From contig NC_068993.1 in the NCBI RefSeq assembly GCF_001194135.2, positions 63,264,935 to 63,328,934 on the forward strand: a stretch of 64,000 bases of DNA, in the 5' to 3' direction. The position numbers were made by a program, and so were the translations under genes. Shown in pieces: positions 24,039-36,273 of this stretch (position 1 is its first letter; every line of letters starts with the position of its first letter). This stretch comes from Octopus bimaculoides. Lineage: Eukaryota. The notes below the pieces were generated by a model. The model was not told where the DNA came from. It made no database searches and saw nothing but the letters and a program-made list of their open reading frames with translations.

Positions 24039-27000
24039 AACAGAAGAATTATAAAATATCTCAGAGAAATTATGTTACCAGAACCTTCCATATTTGAACT
24101 TAATTTTGAATTTAGATTTTAATTAATCTATCTGTCCAACAATTTTATCTGTTGAAAAAAACAAATTTATCTTTTGCAATTAATCATTATTTAGTCTTTC
24201 TCAAAAATAAACTTGTTATACAATCATAAATCCAGTGTTTATCTCTTCTAGTGTTCCTGTTACAGAATACATGATGCCATTTGCAAAGTCATTGGTTGTC
24301 ATAGAGGTATCCTGTGAGGCTACGTCAATAGTAACATTGCAAATAAACAAAGACACTTTCTCAGTCCTCGTCCACTTTACACAGTGGAATGTCCAAAGTG
24401 TGACAGCCAGAGGGTGAGTGGACTGTACCAGTACTCAGCTGGTACTCATTTCAGCTGAAAAGATTGGAACAACAAAACATGTAGAACCTTGCTCAAGGAG
24501 ACTTTGGTTCAGGTACTTCACAGAGAGAGAGGGTTGCTACCAAACCTGGTTTCAATTACATTCTGATCAATTTGGATCAATTGAATGCTTTTGGTAGCAT
24601 TGCTACTTGACAGTTATTCTCAGTGGAGTCAGTTTGCTCCCATTTTCAGAGACAGGTTCTATATTCCTCAAGATTTGTCAAAGAAGATTTTTGAGTGAAA
24701 AAGAAATTTCAATATTACATGCAATTAAAGCAGCACGCTGGCAGAACCGTTAGCACACTGGGCAAAATGCTTAGTGGCATATAATCCGTCTTTACATTCT
24801 GAGTTCAAATTCTGCCGAGGTCGACTTTGTCTTTCATCCTTTTGAAGTTGATAAAATAAGTACCAGTTAAACACCGGGGTCGGTATAATTGTCTTCCCCA
24901 CTCCCGAAATTTGCTGACCTTGGGCTAAAATATGTAACCAATATTACATGCAATTCTATGTTATAGAATCAGTTAAGTACCAAACCAAATGTCTTGTGGC
25001 ATTTTGCTTTATCTTGTAGTGGGGAAAGTTTAGCAAAAGATGTAGAGGTAGCAGACGAAATAGGCGTGTGAATGACATCAAAGTAAAACAATGGGAAAGC
25101 ATCAGATTGTGGCTTAAATAATTTATTTAATTGATGCTTGCTTTTACTTGTTGTATACCCCAGAAAATTCACTACGTGACGTTACCAGCTTGCTTTGAGT
25201 TGGTGAGGAAGACAATAAACAGGGGAAATACTGTGTCGATGTGATGTGGTAGAACCGGGCATGTTTTGTGTCTGTGTGTGCGTTGGTCATTTGGTCGTGT
25301 CAGTTTATGTTCTGCGACTACTACTGTGTTGGGTCGTTCATGCTGAATATGTGGCTCTGTATTGCCTGCTTGACTGGCACAAGTTAACTGCTGGCTGTCT
25401 GCTTGGTGATGGCTCTCTGCAGTCCCTTGATGGATTGCTGTATTTATAATGGTCATGACAGCTAGAAGGACAGACATACCACAAGAGTAATTACTACTTA
25501 TGTAGGTCGCCTCCTGTCCACTTGAACCTTAAATGACACAGCTCAGGTCGTAGGTCAAAAGGAAATCTATCCACCACTTTTTGACAGATCAAAGAAATTT
25601 CTTTCCCGCCTGTATGGTCAGTGGTGGATCAGATGAGTGACAATCCTTAGATTCAGTTTCAAATCTCAGCTTGGAAAAAGGAAGTGTTAGTTTTTACAAT
25701 CTCCTTTACATTCTAAGTTCAAATTCTAATGAGTCAAATTTGCTCCTTCCAGTCTTGGGTGGCGGGGCCAATAAAATAAATATAAGTCAAATACTGAGAC
25801 AGTATAATCAAATATACTTCATGAACCCCAAATTCTCAAATTTCTGGTCTTTATCCTTGTGAAGAACCAATATTAATAGCTAAGAAAGTGTTAAGACATC
25901 TTTGATGATAACATATGTTTTAGAATTAAAAACCATTTTAATATAACTGGAGAATAAACAAGTGAATGAAAAAATGAATAAGAAAGAAAACAATACCTAC
26001 CCTAGAAAATGAAGCAGGGTGGTAGAAAATGTGAGAAATGTTTATATGTTGGTCAATTGATAATACAACAAACTGGCAGAATTGTTAGCAGACCATGGAA
26101 AATGCTTAGCAGCATTTTGTCTGTCTTTAAGTTCTGAGTTCAAATTTGCCTTTAAACTTTTTGGGGTTGATAAATCAAGTACCAGTTGTGTACTGGGGTT
26201 GATGTAATCGACTTATCCTCTCCCACTGAAATTGCTTGCCTTGTGTCAGGATTTGAAATCAATATATTGGTCAATTGGCATATAGAGAAATCGAGATGTA
26301 AGGTAATGTGCCAACAGGAATGGAACATACTTGTAAGTTCTTCTATAGAATTTACTAGGAAGCAAGGAATATAGCAAAGATGAAGAATAAACATCAAGAT
26401 TCAAGTGGTTCGAGAATAAAAGATTTTTGGTTAGAGGAATGTGTGTAAGATGTTTGCTTCATAAACATGTAATTCTGAGTTTGACTTCACTTTGGGACAC
26501 ACAGAGAAAATGTCTCCAGCCATAGCACCAGGCTGACCAAAGCCTTATGAATGAAATTATGTGGAAGCCTGTCCAATGTATATGTGGGTGGGGTTACTGG
26601 TGAGCATGAATAGTTCTGATGGAGCAGAAGAATCGGTAAGGCAGAAGCCATTTTACAGTGCATGTGAGAAATCTAGATGACACAAGCATCTGCATTGCGG
26701 CAAAGGTCTGATACCATCGTGCAATAGTCCTGCTAATGTTTTTGTGATGCAATGAAACATGACAGTAAAGAAGGCTAAAATGCTGGACACATTCCACCAA
26801 TGTTGCCAACTGAAAATCCTCATTGTTACCTGTGAAACAAATACCTGTTGCTGCAAAATATCATTGTGCTGCAGAGGTTCTACATCTGTTTTCCATGCTT
26901 AGTATATTTATGTGTGTGTGTGTTTATCTGCATTATTCTTAGAAGACCTACAAAATATCTTCACAGAGATCCTTTCATCTTCAGCTAAGATACAAACAGA

Positions 27001-27898
27001 AAAAATAGCAGAGTCATTCTTAAGTAATGAAAGTAAAATTGTATGGAGGTTGGTAAGTATGGAGTAGGTAAGTAGAAAAGCATGATGAGATGTATGAGAA
27101 TAGTCACAGAGTTGAATGAATGATGCTTGTGTGAAAGTAAGTTTTTATATTTATGAGTAAGATGACCAAAACACTGATTATATAAAAAAGCTTTGATGAG
27201 ATTTTTGAAAGATAACATGTGATGGATGCTAACATTATAGGGCCAAAGTGTAGATCACAAACGGTAGATAAATTAAGCAGTGAATTAATAAAATAGTTAG
27301 TGCCAGATAGATACCTTGTGGTATTTGTTATGGTCCTATGTTTTCTGAGTCGAAATCCTACTGAGAAAACATGTGGCCTTTGATAAAGAAAGTACCTCAG
27401 CAAGTACAGAAGTGTCTTCTCTCCCTCTCTCTTTCTCTATTTGTCCCTCTATCTCACTTTCTGGAAGACACCAGCCAGGGTCAGAACTAGATAGGGATGG
27501 GTTTCACATGCTATGAGCCAAAACAATGCTTTTATAATCCCAAGGTAAGACAAATGAGAAAATACAACAGTGAAGTGGGTAAAAAAACAGAAGATCCAAG
27601 AGTTATGTTTAGAGATCAGACAATAAGTGAAATATTGCATCTGTTTGTGATTATCGGAATGAACTGCAGCAGATTGTTGAAGTTAGTATACGGATAAATT
27701 TAATTCTTCTATCAAATTACAAAATGGTACAGACATACTAATCAGAACTAATTGGTAATAATACAGTTCTATATTTAAGAGATGAGGAATTATGTGCATT
27801 ATTTACATTTAATATATACACACACATATACATACATGTATATTATTATGTGCATTATTTACATTTAACGGATATTTGTTTTCCTCTTGTTTGCTGTT

Positions 27899-27944
27899 AA
27901 CACAACGTTTCCGCTGATATACCCTCCAGCCTTCATCAGGTGTC
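27899..27944 (-). ncRNA. Minimal type I hammerhead-ribozyme-like motif (Penelope-type), probably decayed
   Basis: Minus strand GACAC-CTGATGA-A-GGCTG(loop)CAGCG-GAAAC-GTT-GTGTT: stem I GACAC/GTGTT, palindromic AACGTT stem III, one mismatch at the base of stem II. Confidence 0.6.
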
Positions 27945-28117
27945 TTGGGGAAATTTCGAATCTGGGTTCTCATTCCTAAGGTATTTTTCAATGTTGTTAT
28001 TTATTATTATTATTACTAAATGTAAATAATATAAATAATGTAAATAATACTGTAAATAATGTAAATAATGTGATTGGTAATAAGTTGACTAAACAAAACG
28101 ACTGTTACATTTTACAG

Positions 28118-28243
28118 ATCCTGAAGGAAGTTTCGCAAGGATCTGGTCAAGTGAGGAAGGTATAGGAATCGAATTCAAAGGACCCAATCATGCACTGATG
28201 GCTGAAGTTGTTTTTCCGTGTGGACGACAATACAACGTTAAGG
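28118..28243 (+). CDS. Cassette B diverged avidin-like domain, exon 1 (PEGSFARIWSSEEGIGIEFKGPNHALMAEVVFPCGRQYNVK)
   Basis: ttacag|...aagg|gtaag, phase 1-1, 126 nt; WSSEE, C and YN are shared with 14230-14355. Confidence 0.85.
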
Positions 28244-28889
28244 GTAAGAATATATGTTTGCTTCTTAGCTTAAGTTACAAAGGAAATAACAAGATTTGGG
28301 AGTCATTCTTTCTTGGCTTATGAATTCATCTGAGATGTGGTTATTTGCTGAAAAATAAAGAATATCTTTGGTAGCATGATGGTATTGTCTTACTCTGCAA
28401 TACAATTGAATTGTCTCAGTGACCAGGTTATAGATGTACAACACGGCACCTTAACACTTTATACTATTCAAATAATAGCAAGAAATAAATTAAATGCAAA
28501 TATGATGGCACCTATCTATTAAATGGTCGTCATGGTTCTTTCACATTAAAGAGAATTGAAAACATCTTGTTTGTGCGAGTGCAGTCAGTCAAAATCTCTA
28601 TAAGGGAGATGCAAGTAGACTTCAGGGGTCAGCAGGAGAGAATGGACACCATTTTGGGGCCGTCCTCTTAATGGCTTTACAGCATACTTGACCCACCCCA
28701 CTCCCTGAAATGAGGCCCCTGACTGGATCAAATGACTAGTGTTTGAATATGGTAAAGCTTTGAATCAGAAACAATTCTTTGATAGAAAGATATCTAAGAA
28801 ATGTCTGTTTTTACCATTCTGTTATATTATTTGAATAAAGGATATGGATTTGAGAAAGTGATTTATTCTTCATTAATTCCTTTTTGTAG

Positions 28890-28958
28890 GTGCCATGACC
28901 AACAACCATACATTCTACCTGTATGGAGCAAACCAGACCACTGCCATTGGAGTAACAG
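28890..28958 (+). CDS. Cassette B diverged domain, exon 2 (AMTNNHTFYLYGANQTTAIGVT)
   Basis: ttgtag|...acag|gtatc, phase 1-1, 69 nt. Confidence 0.85.
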
Positions 28959-30215
28959 GTATCAGGCATTTTGTTTTTCGCTTTTTTCCGTAATTCCAAG
29001 AGAAGAATATAGCTGCTCTTTTAAAGACTAGCCTTCACACAAATGCCAAAAAAAGGAATGGCATTAAAAAAAAAGAAGGAAAAACTGAAATGTGTGTGTG
29101 TGTGTTTTACTCTTTTACTTGTTTCAGTCTTTTGACTGTGGCCATGCTGGAGCACCGCCTTTATGTGTGTGTGTAACAAATGCAAATGTAAAACATAAGA
29201 AATGATTAAGTTTTAATATACAATACGAGCAAATGCTGGAATGCAATGTGTGTGTGTGTATATATATATATGCGTGTATGTATATATATATATGCGTGTA
29301 TGTATATATATATATGCGTGTATGTATATATATATATGGTTTAGTATTACACTTATCCTGTTTATTTCACCAGTTTACAGATGGTGGAGTAGCATTTAGG
29401 TAAGACTTGACAACAACCACTTGTAGGTCAAGCAAACATTAGGGACATAATCATTGGATTCTTCAAAACTAGCCATCTATGATGTTACGGTCATTTCTAC
29501 AGAGATTACTGCCAGCACTGATTTTTTTGCTGCAATATTTCATATCCAGACATCAGATGTAAACAAACAATGAGACCGAAGACAAAGGTCTCTATAATTT
29601 CTGTAGAAATAACCTTAACAAAATAATGTAAAGAGCACTGCTAACACAGTAGAACACGGTGTTAACTTACAAAACCATTTAATATACTTTATGGTTGCAT
29701 AACGAAATACCAAGTGCTTGGAGGTCATTAAAGTCATCTGTGAGTTCTAAATACTCACAGGCTCTACATGAAAAATAAGAATTCACTTTTTCTCTGAGTA
29801 TAAACTATAGCACAGATTCAGAAAATATTCTGTATTCTGGCCAGAAAAAAAAAGAAGCTATTTAAGGAATGACAAATAATCAAATATCTTGTGGGATGAC
29901 AGCATAATTTCATTGTCGAAATTATGCTGCAGACAAGTAATTTATATTGATCATACTTATTGGAAAAATTCAATTTATATCAGCTGCTTATAACTGGTGG
30001 TTTTTTTTTTCATTAAACACAAAATTAATTAATTGCCATTTTTCTGGGAATTCATTATATTCAAACTTGATTTGATAAATTATAGTAAAATATACCCAAA
30101 TTGTCTAATAATGTCAAATATTCTCAGATAGTTCAACAAGAAATTATACATAAAAATAATTAGTTTAATGTGTGTGTGTGTGTATGAATATGAGTGTGTG
30201 TATACACACACACAT

Positions 30216-30248
<33 letters not shown>

Positions 30249-31828
30249 CACATACATATATATCCATGTGTGTATGTGTATGTATGTATGTATGTATGTA
30301 TGTATGTATATATATATATATATATATGTATGTATAGGTTACCTGTGATTTTGTATGTGATATTCTAGGGTAAATATAACTGAATCACTTTATAAAAATC
30401 AGATAAATTTGTATGCCCCAAAGAAATAAGTTCTGCTACTTTAGTCTGGGAGCCTTGTATGTTTAGGAGAGGCATGGGCAAACTTTTTCCAGAAGCAGAC
30501 CACATGATACATGGGTTCATCATGTGGCAGGCCACACTGCTAGAAAAACTGGAGGCAATTTCTTTCAGAAAGTGTGATGGGCCATAGGTCTCTGACAAAT
30601 GTTTTAGGAAATATATTCATTCAACCCTCACTGTGATTAATATGAAGGATACATTTAAGGCAGCAAGCGGGCAGAAACATAAGCACAATGGGTAAAATGC
30701 TTGGTGGCATTTTGTCCTTCTTTGCACTCTCTAGTCAACTTGGTCAACTTTGACTCTCATCATTTTGGGGTCAATAGAATAAGTACCAGTTGAGTACTGG
30801 GGTCAATGTAATCAGCTTACCCCCTCTCCCAAAATTACTGGCGTTGTGCCAAAATTTGAAATCAATATGCTTTGTGCATCTACTTATAAAACAAATGCTC
30901 CAACAGTTACACTCAGGAGTATAGAATTTTTTAAAATGATATTTGTTTATAAAGTGTATTGTTTATGTGTTTCAATTAATTTTGATAACATCAATAAATT
31001 TAGAGGGATTTAATTAAGTAATTTTCTCATTATTTCTCTGATGTCTGCAAATGTAATTTAGCAAAAGTACCTAAAATGAAATTATTACAGAAAGCTTAAA
31101 TTCAGAGACAAACACTTTAAAATGGTTAGTTTTGTTTACCGGAACCAGAGATGGTCTCAGAAAAGTTAATATCAAATTGTAATGAGTAAAGGCAATAATT
31201 ATCAGGTATGGGGTGTAATTAAATATGAATCTAATTTGGGGGTGGGGTGGGGTTTACCTGGCAAAGATCTGGGTGGACAGCATAACGAATGCGATCAATA
31301 GTTATAATAGATTAATGAGAATTTTACCTCCTGTTTACAAATGTCATTGTGTACTAGTAAAATGAATAGTCACCAATATTTATAGAATATTATAGCTTAC
31401 AGCTACAAACCTACTCTGAAAGCTTCAAAAAATAAGTTCCATTATGAAGTCAAAGAGAATCAGAAGCCTTTTGGAGGACAACATTTAAAAGTTTTGTGGA
31501 AATGTAAAAATCAAAAAACAAACATCTGACAACAGATATTTCTATTTGAAAAAAATAAAAAGTTAAAAAAAAAAACTACTGGACCGTATTGTGATAAATA
31601 TTGTGTATTCTGCTAAAAATAAGGAAGAATAAAAGACTCTAGATCAAGATATGGAATCAAATGATTTCTGGGATGACATTTCAACAAAGTTGCTGAAATC
31701 TAAAAATCAGAAGACATCTTTTATGAGACTGTCACATTAAGTTGACAACATGCTATCAATAAATATTGTCTTAAAATAAAAAAAATACTGACAATTTTAA
31801 TTTTATTTTATTTTGCAATTTTCTTTAG

Positions 31829-32004
31829 GACTTTTCTTCATAACAAAGAACGGTCAACTCTTGAAGATCACACTGGTCAAGTATGATTATGCAAACTGCA
31901 GTGAATATACTCCAGCAAAAATATCTTCACATGAATTGAAACCAACTCAGACACTTTCTTACAACTCTAACCTCTGGATGTATCATAATTATGACGATTA
32001 TATA
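31829..32004 (+). CDS. Cassette B diverged domain, exon 3 (LFFITKNGQLLKITLVKYDYANCSEYTPAKISSHELKP...DDYI)
   Basis: ctttag|...ata|gtaagt, phase 1-0, 176 nt. Confidence 0.85.
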
Positions 32005-32123
32005 GTAAGTTATCTAATAATTAGCATTTGATTTCAATCATTATGTTAACGAGTTAATAATTTGCTGATAATATTTCTGTATCTCTTTTACGTGAGTTTA
32101 GCTGCACACTTGATTTTCTTCAA

Positions 32124-32154
<31 letters not shown>

Positions 32155-32791
32155 GTTCCAAATTTTGTCACGAGGGGGATGAGTTGATTACATCAACCCC
32201 CAGTATGCAACTGGTACTAATTTTATCAACCCCAAAAGGATGAAAGGCAAAGTCAACCTTGGCGGAATTTGAACTCAGAACGTAATGATGGGCTAAATAC
32301 TGCTAAGCATACTAACAATTCTGCGAGCTCACTGCCTTTATAATAGTAGTAGTAGTAGTAATAATAATAATAATAATAATAATAATATGCCTGGTTTTGA
32401 CTGGAAGATTCGCCTACTACCTTTTATGGCATTTATCCCAGTTTGACCAAAAAACATTTCACGTGCCTGAAGCCAGCAGCTTACAGATTGTATTTTAATG
32501 GTTGTCATGAAGTTGACCAAATATGCACTTATACCAGTTTTGAAAGCAAACTCCTCATATATAACAGAAGACACTTGCCCAAGGTACCACATAGTGGGAC
32601 TGAACCCGGAACCATGTGGTTGGGAAGCAAGCTTCTTACCACACAGCCACCACACCTGTGCCTATAGTTGTGTAGCCATGTGTTAATGTCCGTGTAATAT
32701 AGAATACTATTGTAGTGTCACCATATGTAAATGTTTATATAACATAGAATTATAGTTTTGGTTGTGAGGAAAGGACATCTGTGTTTTATAG

Positions 32792-32801
32792 GGCTCTAAA
32801 G
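32792..32801 (+). CDS. Candidate 10-nt linker micro-exon (GSK + G), phase 0 to 1
   Basis: gtgttttatag|GGC TCT AAA G|gtgtgt. It has the length class needed to join 32004 to 35452; read-through without the donor gives GSKGV*. Confidence 0.4.
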
Positions 32802-33034
32802 GTGTGTAACCCTTTATATAAAATATCAATGTAACATAAAACTATATTGATGTTTAACCAAGATGAAATGTCTGTGTAACCATTTATGTATGTCTATGGA
32901 ATAATGAACTCTATGGCTGTGGAGCCAAATATCAATGTCCATAATATAGAATTCTATAGCTATGTAGTAAAGTAACTTCTGAGAGTTCCAAACCCCAAAA
33001 ATGGAACCATGGTATTCATAAAAATTCCAGTCAG

Positions 33035-33138
33035 ATAAAGTTGTTAGAATTTTACTCTTTACCAACGTTAATCTACTCTCTTCTGATTCCTTTTCATAAT
33101 GTTGGCTGGATTCTGGGACTTCCGAGCTTATAATGAAG
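33035..33138 (+). other. Conserved candidate alternative first exon upstream of avidin domain B
   Basis: Colinear with 19038-19153; ATG at 33099 gives MLAGFWDFRAYNE, then GAAG|gtaagt (phase 1). Confidence 0.45.
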
Positions 33139-33286
33139 GTAAGTTGGGCAATAAATTAAAGAATGGAGGTGGTGGAGAGGATGTTGAAATAATTATCTTC
33201 ACATTCTCACCCCTCCTCTATCATTTGCTTCTCTTTCTCTCTTTCCTTTTATATACTCATATATATGTATGTATATTCATATATAG

Positions 33287-33319
33287 CCGACGAAGGGAAA
33301 TAACCCTGAAATCCGGATC
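33287..33319 (+). ncRNA. Hammerhead-like core at the head of a ~210-nt repeat (second copy 33662-33694)
   Basis: CCGACGA-AGGG(aaataa)CCCT-GAA-ATCCGGAT-C: variant core (U4C), 4-bp stem II, 8-nt palindromic stem III, AUC triplet; stem I is weak. Confidence 0.45.
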
Positions 33320-35451
33320 CGTTCGTGCTGCAGATGTTGGTGAGAGGGATAACTACCCTTGGCAAACAGGACACAGTCGTGTGTCGATAAGCCAGCTGGA
33401 GGAGATGTCCTCCTGGGGCTAAAAGCAACAGTAACATCCACCCCTAGGGGTCAGCCACACTTAAGTGGCAATATACTACACTTTATATATTANNNNNNNN
33501 NNNNNNNNNNNNNNNNNNNNNNNNNNNNNNNNNNNNNNNNNNNNNNNNNNNNNNNNNNNNNNNNNNNNNNNNNNNNNNNNNNNNNNNNNNNNNNNNNNNN
33601 NNNNNNNNNNNNNNNNNNNNNNNNNNNNNNNNNNNNNNNNNNNNNNNNNNNNNNNNNATAGCCGACGAAGGGAAATAACCCTGAAATCCGGATCCGTTCG
33701 TGCTGCAGATGTTGGTGAGAGGGATAACTACCCTTGGCAAACAGGACACAGTCGTGTGTCGATAAGCCAGCTGGAGGAGATGTCCTCCTGGGGCTAAAAG
33801 CAACAGTAACATCCACCCCTAGGGGTCAGCCACACTTAAGTGGCAATATACTACACTTTATATATTATATATATATGTATATATAGCGAGAGAGAGAGGT
33901 GGGGAGGGCAGGGACAGATATTTATTTATATATATATATACTCTTACTCTTTTACACATTTCAGTCATTTGACTGCCACCATGCTGGAGCACTGCCTTTA
34001 GTCGAAGAAATCGATCCCAGGACTTATTCTTTCTAAGCCTAGCACTTACTCTATCGGTTTCTTAGGTCGAACCACTAAGTTATGGGGATGTAAACACACC
34101 AACATCAGTTGGCAAGCGATAGTGGAGGGACAAACACAGACACACAAACATATACATATATATACGACTGGTTTCTTTCAGTTTCCATCTACCAAATCCT
34201 CTCACAAGGCTTTGGTCAACCCAAGGTGCCATGCAGTGGGGCTGAACCCAGAATCATGTGGTGGGTAAGCAAGCTTCTTACCAACCACACAGCCACTGCT
34301 GCACACACACACACACAGTCTAATTCAGAATTGCACCCAAAACTCAAAATTTGAAAAGCAATAGTGGAACCAGTTTTTATGTTGGAAGAAAAAAAATCTT
34401 ATTTTGTACTATATAGTATAATACTTCTGCTCTTATGATTCTAATATATTCTTCAGTCTTATAAAACAAATCTTCTGTGTTTTTCCATCTTATTTCTTGC
34501 CGTATATATTCAACCACTTTTAATCACCCACTATACTTTCTACCTATATATATATATATCATCATCGTTTAACGTCCGCTTTCCATGCTAGCATGGGTTG
34601 GACGATTTGACTGAGGACTGGTGAAACCGGATGGCAACACCAGGCTCCAATCTGATTTGGCAGAGTTTCTACAGCTGGATGCCCTTCCTAACGCCAACAA
34701 CTCAGAGAGTGTAGTGGGTGCTTTTACGTGTCACCCGCACAAAGGCCAGTCAGGCGGTACTGGCAACGGCCATGCCCAAAATGGTGTATTTTATGTGCCA
34801 CCCGCACAAATCCTAAGGAGTGAAACTATGGTTTATATGTTGCATCTGTTTCTCACCTGTCTATCACACACATGCTTGGTTCACAGTTTGTTTTCAACCT
34901 CAGTCTTTGATTAAGGTAAGAAACAGTTTGCAAGCCATAACACCACAACACATAGAAGACCACTTATAACTGGTAGTTCATATATTACAGGTGTCATTGA
35001 CAGAAATTGTGTGATTTATAAACACACTAATCTGGGACGATACATCATAACCTGGTGTAATCTATAAAGATAGTACGTCTATGGTTGGTACCACATCATA
35101 GCTTGGTGTGGTCTATGAATATACCAAATAATAATGCTACATCATGGTCAGATTTGGTCTACAAACATACCATTCTATGATGCTGAGTTACTTGTCTGGT
35201 GTATTATCTCCCATACAGAGAGAAGCAATTAAAAAGTAGCATTCCAATAGTTGAAATGTGTTTCTATGCCACAACACACAATGAATCTACTCATAGCCAG
35301 TGGCTTATTTTTCTCACTTAGCTAGACCAGGGATTACATCTGAAACCCCATTAATCTTACTACATCTTAGCCTAATGGCTTATCTGTTGAACTTGCCCTT
35401 TAATCCTGATCAACATTAATCTTTGATGGATACTTTCATCTGTCATTACAG

Positions 35452-35538
35452 CGTCTAGTTGTAATCTGAACGGAACTTGGTACAATGAGCTGGGCTCTTC
35501 AATGACTATAACACAAAAGGATGATGGTTCACTGGAAG
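35452..35538 (+). CDS. Avidin domain B, exon 1 (SSCNLNGTWYNELGSSMTITQKDDGSLE)
   Basis: ttacag|...gaag|gtaag, phase 1-1, 87 nt, same length as in A. Confidence 0.92.
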
Positions 35539-35749
35539 GTAAGAAAAATCCATTTTTCAATATAATATAACATAGAATATTATTGTATTATTGTTTACAT
35601 TATCTAAATTCAGTACCAGACCATTTAACTCATGAATTTATTGTATTATTTGAAATGTTTTTGTCACAATGTTTTTGAAAAACAGTAAAAGCAGTGTCAT
35701 CAAAGTATTCATAATTTCATTAATTTTGGTTAATTTTATTTCATTGAAG

Positions 35750-35887
35750 GTCAATATAACACTGCTGTTGAACGTAGCAATGGTACGTCTGGAGGCGGTA
35801 AAGCAGATCTTCATGGCACCATCAGTTATTCAGTCTTTAGTTTTGGTGTTGTTTGGAATGAAGGATCTTCCATTACTGTCTTCAGTG
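35750..35887 (+). CDS. Avidin domain B, exon 2 (QYNTAVERSNG...FSFGVVWNEGSSITVFS)
   Basis: ttgaag|...agtg|gtgag, phase 1-1, 138 nt (one codon shorter than A). Confidence 0.92.
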
Positions 35888-36233
35888 GTGAGTAGTAGTA
35901 ACAAAAGTATACACGTATATGTATGTATGTTATACACACATACATATATACATAAATAAATAAACAAATAAATAACAACAGATGGATAATGTGTCAATAC
36001 CCTACAACTGTTTCCAATGAATTTTTAATTGATTAACAGAGATATTACATCATTAGAAAAAACAGTTACATCAAGTGAATACATGAAACACAACATTCAA
36101 AAGTATTCAGAGCCAACGGGATGTGGATATGCATATANNNNNNNNNNNNNNNNNNNNNNNNNNNNNNNNNNNNNNNNNNNNNNNNNNNNNNNNNNNNNNN
36201 NNNNNNNNNNNNNNNNNNNNNNNNNNNNNNNNN

Positions 36234-36273
<40 letters not shown>

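Noticed and set aside
33283-33867. Exact 210-nt duplication as a proven tandem duplication
   Set aside because: The copies are identical and flank an N gap, typical of unmerged contig overlap; it needs long reads.
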